Assembly: GCA_043228905.1 (NCBI GenBank)
Contig: JBHGNT010000561.1
Coordinates: 1-20,752, forward strand
Direction: 5' to 3'
DNA from: Azolla caroliniana
Taxonomy: Eukaryota; Plantae; Polypodiophyta
DNA length: 20,752 nt
The notes below the pieces were generated by a model. That model did not search any database. It saw nothing but the letters and a program-made list of their open reading frames with translations, and was not told where the DNA came from. How positions within the stretch are numbered: position 1 is the stretch's first letter; each line of letters begins with the position of its first letter. The position numbers and the translations under genes are program-made. Below, piece by piece: positions 16,780-20,752 of the stretch.

Positions 16780-16920
16780 TCTTCTTCTCTCTCAGGAAGA
16801 CTCTGCAGAAGAGGAAGAGGATATGGCGATGGTGACTAGAATTAGAAGAGTTTTTTTTAAGTATAGAGGTATGTATACATTATTGGGACTTTTTTTCTCT
16901 GTTTTTTTTCTTTTTTACAA

Positions 16921-17421
16921 AAAGAAAATATATCCATTCATTATGATTAGTGTCAACAAATTTACAGAATTCTCGATTCATATGTATGTGATCGATCGGA
17001 CAGAGGAAATAGTTGACAGTGCGAGAAAAAAAGATATACATTCATTATGATTAGTGTCAAACAAATTTACGGAATTTCGATTCATATGTATGTGACCGGA
17101 CAGAGGAAAACAGTTGAGAGCGTGAGAAAAAAAGATATACATTCATTATGATTAGTGTCAACAAATAGACAGAGTTTCGATTCATATATGATCGATCGGA
17201 CAAAGGAAAACAGCTGAGAGTGCTCGAGAAAAAAAGATATACATTCATTATGATTAGTGTCAACAAATTTACAGAGTTCCGATTCATATATGATCGATTG
17301 GACAAAGGAAAACAACTGAGACTACTAGAGAAAAAAAGATATACATTCATTATGATTAGTGTCAACAAATTTACAGAGTTTCGATTCATATATGATCGAT
17401 CGGACAAAGGAAAACAGCTGA
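16921..17421. repeat. Tandem array A: five copies of a ~102-bp AT-rich unit
   Basis: CATTCATTATGATTAGTGTCAA starts at 16935, 17039, 17140, 17242 and 17344 (periods 104, 101, 102, 102). Confidence 0.97.
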
Positions 17422-18180
17422 ATGCTTGCCCATGCACCTCTCCTTTCACAAAGGCATTCAAACATACGTGTCTTATATGTTATCGTCGTTTGTGCTTATT
17501 TGTTTGTGTGTCTTGTGACAATGGAGCGTTTCGGGCTTGCCCATGCACCTCTCCTTTCACAAAGGCATTCAAACTTGCGTGTCTTGTGTGTTAGTGTAAA
17601 TCTTACTTGTGTGTTCATGCGACTTGTAGCAAGGGAGCGTTTGGGCTTGCCCATGCACCTCTCCTTTCACAAAGGCGTTCGAAATTGTGTCTCCCGTGTG
17701 TAAACCTTGCTTGTGTGTTCGTACGACTTGTGGCAAGGGAGCGTTCAGGCTTGCCCATGCACCTCTCCTTTCACAAAGGCGTTTGAAATTGTGTCTCCCG
17801 TGTGTAAACATTGCTTGTGTGTTTGTGTGTCTTGTAACAAGGGAGCGTTCAGGCTTGCCCATGCACCTCTCTTTTCATAAAGGCATTCAAAACTCTGTCT
17901 CTCGTGTGTTTAAGTAAACCTTTTCCTTGTTTGTTTGCGTGTCTTGTAACAAGGGAGCGTTCATGCTTGCCCATGCACCTCTCTTTCACAAAGGCATTCG
18001 AAACTCTGTCTCTCGTGTGTGTAAGTAAGCCTTTTCCTTGTGTGTCTATGTGTAAGCCTTCCTCGCGTGCATTCGTTCGCCTTGTGACTAGGGGTTGATT
18101 TGGGCTTGCCCATGCACCTCTCCTTTTCACAAACACGTTCGAATACTCGTGCCTTGTTTGTGTAAGCCTTCCTTGTGTTG
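17422..18180. repeat. Tandem array B: seven copies of a 104-139-bp unit with an invariant core
   Basis: GCTTGCCCATGCACCTCTC starts at 17424, 17535, 17645, 17749, 17853, 17965 and 18104. The intervening TG-rich segments are related but variable. Confidence 0.97.
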
Positions 18181-18263
18181 TGCGTGTGAGCCCTATTTCC
18201 TTCCCGTCCATAACCTTGGCAGTTCCGCCTCACGATCCGCACATAGTGACGGATTTTCATGAC

Positions 18264-19099
18264 AACGGCCTAGCACCACGGTTCAGCACGATCTGATCAA
18301 CCATTCTTGCAAGGGAGAATCCTACCTCCTTTTTCGACCTTCAATCGATACTATTGGTTGAAGAAAATCATGTTCGACAAAGGAAATGGCACCAATATGC
18401 CTCGACCGCCATTTCTCCCACAATGAGATTGGTCATCCTCGCATAGGAGAATCCTCCCTCCTTCAATCTCCAGTCAATGCTACTAGTCGAAGAAAATCAC
18501 GTCCGAACGAGGGGCAATGCATAAGAAGGACACATGCTCTATTTGAATTCGGACAGAGGAAGAAGACGCGGTCGTGGAAGAAGAGGTTGATTTGGCCAAG
18601 GCCGAAACAATCAAGGACCATCGCATGAGCACAAATTCTACTACCGACAAGACATCGCAAACATGTGATGAATGTTTGGTAAAAGGGGCTGCCACCATGC
18701 GGAACCAAGCCGACAAAACAATTTCGTTGAGTGCGGATATTGTGGCAAATTTGGCCACTATGAGGCAAAGTGCCAGAAGAAGAAGAGTGAGTTGGCTTTC
18801 ACAAGCCGACAACTCACCAATTATGCCATGAATTCCGACTACGACAATCATGGCTGAATGTTCATGATGAGACATACAAAAAATTCTATATCGCCCTCCA
18901 ATCTGACCAGTACATCCAATTCAAAAGACTTCTGGTTTGTCGATTCCAGCACCTCAAAACATATGACGTCTCATCAAGAATGGTTTTAAGACCTGAGCTG
19001 GATCGACCCAGCTATGTTGAGACGGGAGATGACATCATCATCCAATACAGTATGTTGACAATGTACCATTCGGAAAGGAGGGCAACCAAACGTATACAA
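18264..19099 (+). mobile_element. Degenerate Ty1/copia gag-protease fragment
   Basis: Reads NGLAPRFSTI*STILARENPTSFFDLQSILLVEENHVR, then a second related copy, an RG-rich stretch, the CCHC knuckle CGYCGKFGHYEAKC (18732-18773) and protease-like WFVDSSTSKHMTSHQEWF (from 18933). Many stops; no IN or RT follows. Confidence 0.85.
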
Positions 19100-19539
19100 T
19101 TGCAAAACTATTTTACATGGGGCTCTAGTCAAATTTTGGGGTGGATACTTTGTAATAAGGTATGTGTCACAAACACACCAACCGCAGACTACGACAGAGT
19201 ACGAATGACGAGGCTATGACGAATATGGTTACGAACATGGAACTAAATGTGATGAGGCTAGAAACTCGGGAAGTTTGGAGTGACGAGATGAGGAACTTAA
19301 GACGCTAGGAACAATACAAGAACATAAAGACATAGATGTAAAGCAAGGAGAGAATATGGGGCTAAACAAGAATACTAGATTGATGTGTGAATGACTGGCG
19401 ATGAAGGCTAGGCAAAGTAGTGTTGATAACGACACCAAGAGGTGTTGAAGATGATGATGTTGAAGACGAAGCAATGAATTCAATGATGTTGACTCTAGAA
19501 GCAATGGTTGTGACTATGGCGTTGAAATAGAGAAATAGA

Positions 19540-19960
19540 TGAAGAGGATAAGAAACGCAGAGATTGAGACGTTGAGGATAAAAAGAAACACAAATATAGA
19601 GATATAGAGGATGATAGAAAACACAGTGACATGGACGAAGATGATAGAAAACGCAATGATAGGGACGAAGATGATAAGAAACACATAGATAGGGATGATG
19701 ATGATAAGAAACACATAGATAGAGATGAAAACGGTAGGAAACACGGGGAGAAGGATGACAATGACAAAAAACGCAGAGATAGGGATGTGGAAGATGATAA
19801 GAAGCGCAAAGATAGGGATGATGATAAGAAATGTGGAGATAGATATGAACTAAAAAACAAAGACGATGATGAGGAGAAACTAAAAAGATAGAGACAACGA
19901 TGAGAAGAAACTAGGAGATAGAGATGGCGAGGAAGATAGGAAACGAAGGGATATTGATGA
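19540..19960. repeat. Degenerate ~30-bp purine-rich minisatellite (EDDKKHIDRD-like on +)
   Basis: About 13 units like GAAGATGATAAGAAACACATAGATAGGGAT. Length variants are mostly 27, 30 or 33 nt. Confidence 0.85.
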
Positions 19961-20276
19961 CGGTAACTCTGGAACTAAGGATGGTGAATATGGTAACTCT
20001 AGAAGCAAGGGCGATGACGAAGACGGGTGATGCTTCCAGTTAGAAGGGATTCAAACTTTCACGGACACACTAAGCGCGGACTCGGACGAAGCACGACTGA
20101 ACTTAAGAAGTTAGGAACGACACAAGAACATGAAGACAGAGATCATGAAGAAGGAGACAAGATGGAATGGAACAAGAAGACTAGATTGATATGTCAGTGA
20201 CTGGGGTTGAATCCCTTGAAAGGGATCAAGGAAGTTACAAGTGGCAGTCATGTCCATGACAATCATTGGCATTAAG

Positions 20277-20540
20277 TGTCCCAGTTCCCGGTGAGGACCA
20301 CACATGGTCGCTCACACCCGTTTGTATTCGTGTCCCCGGTGAGGATCGCACAAGGTCGCTCACGCCCGGTCGTGTCCCGGTCCCCGGTGAGGACCGCACA
20401 TGGTCACTCACACTCGTTGGTGTTTGTGTCCTAGTTCTCGGTGACGACCACACAAGGTCGCTCACGCCCGTTGGTGTTCGTGTCCCCGGTGAGGACTGCA
20501 CATGGTTGCTCACGGCCGTTGGTGTTCGTGTCTCCGGTGA
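20277..20540. repeat. Tandem array of 48/54-bp GC-rich units (5 copies plus a partial)
   Basis: GTGA of CGGTGA at 20291, 20339, 20387, 20441, 20489 and 20537 (periods 48, 48, 54, 48, 48). Confidence 0.95.
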
Positions 20541-20677
20541 AGAATTTCAAGCTTGCAAGATTACTTCAACACTTTACAAAAGTTTAGAACTTGAGGTGGA
20601 TACTCATTTGTAGAAGGTGTGCGGTATGCAAAAACCGATGTCAAACTAAAACAAATTCCAAGCTCACAATATTACTT

Positions 20678-20745
20678 TGGCACTATTGAGAATCGAACTC
20701 AACTTCCCATAGAGACAATGTTCACACTAGCCAATGGACATCATA
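20678..20745 (-). other. tRNA-like relic / possible SINE head
   Basis: Minus strand TTGAG-TTCGATT-CTCAA (20702-20686) is a perfect T-arm/B-box. A weak A-box-like TGTCCATTGGCTAG lies about 28 nt upstream. No acceptor or anticodon stem. Confidence 0.3.
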
Positions 20746-20752
20746 CTAGGCT

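Noticed and set aside
16935-17400. Pol III A/B boxes in array A (TGATTAGTGT...GTTTCGATTC)
   Set aside because: Poor consensus match, spacing too short for a tRNA-type promoter, and no T-stem.
17422-18180. CRISPR-like repeat/spacer appearance
   Set aside because: The linkers are homologous to each other and long, the context is eukaryotic with spliceosomal genes, and there are no cas genes.
17057-18260. Numerous ORFs in arrays A and B
   Set aside because: By-products of tandem repeats; unit lengths do not consistently preserve frame.
16921-20540. Hammerhead ribozyme/retrozyme in the arrays
   Set aside because: No CTGANGA...GAAA core with supporting helices was seen by eye in any repeat unit.

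Overview
Eukaryotic land-plant nuclear DNA. The divergent protein sequences and retroelement type suggest a non-seed plant such as a fern, which is an inference. Two intron-rich nuclear genes for plastid proteins lie tail-to-tail. On the + strand is the 3' part of OEP80/Toc75-V (Omp85/BamA family; 15 exons, 6163-9336; the 5' exon(s) lie left of the window). On the - strand is a complete 14-exon phytoene desaturase (PDS, 16779-10897, 582 aa). Each gene has one GC-AG intron with the same CAG|GCATGT donor. Positions 1-4849 are probably OEP80 intron and hold a decayed Tto1/Tork-like Ty1/copia element (LTR, PBS, gag-PR-IN-RT) fused without an LTR to the gag of a different copia lineage. Upstream of PDS (16.9-20.7 kb) are four distinct tandem arrays, two built from predicted stem-loop units, a mosaic copia gag-protease relic and a tRNA-like head. 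I found no clearly new protein system. The most unusual signals are the structured repeat arrays, a duplicated 'poison' splice acceptor in PDS and the chimeric retroelement junctions.
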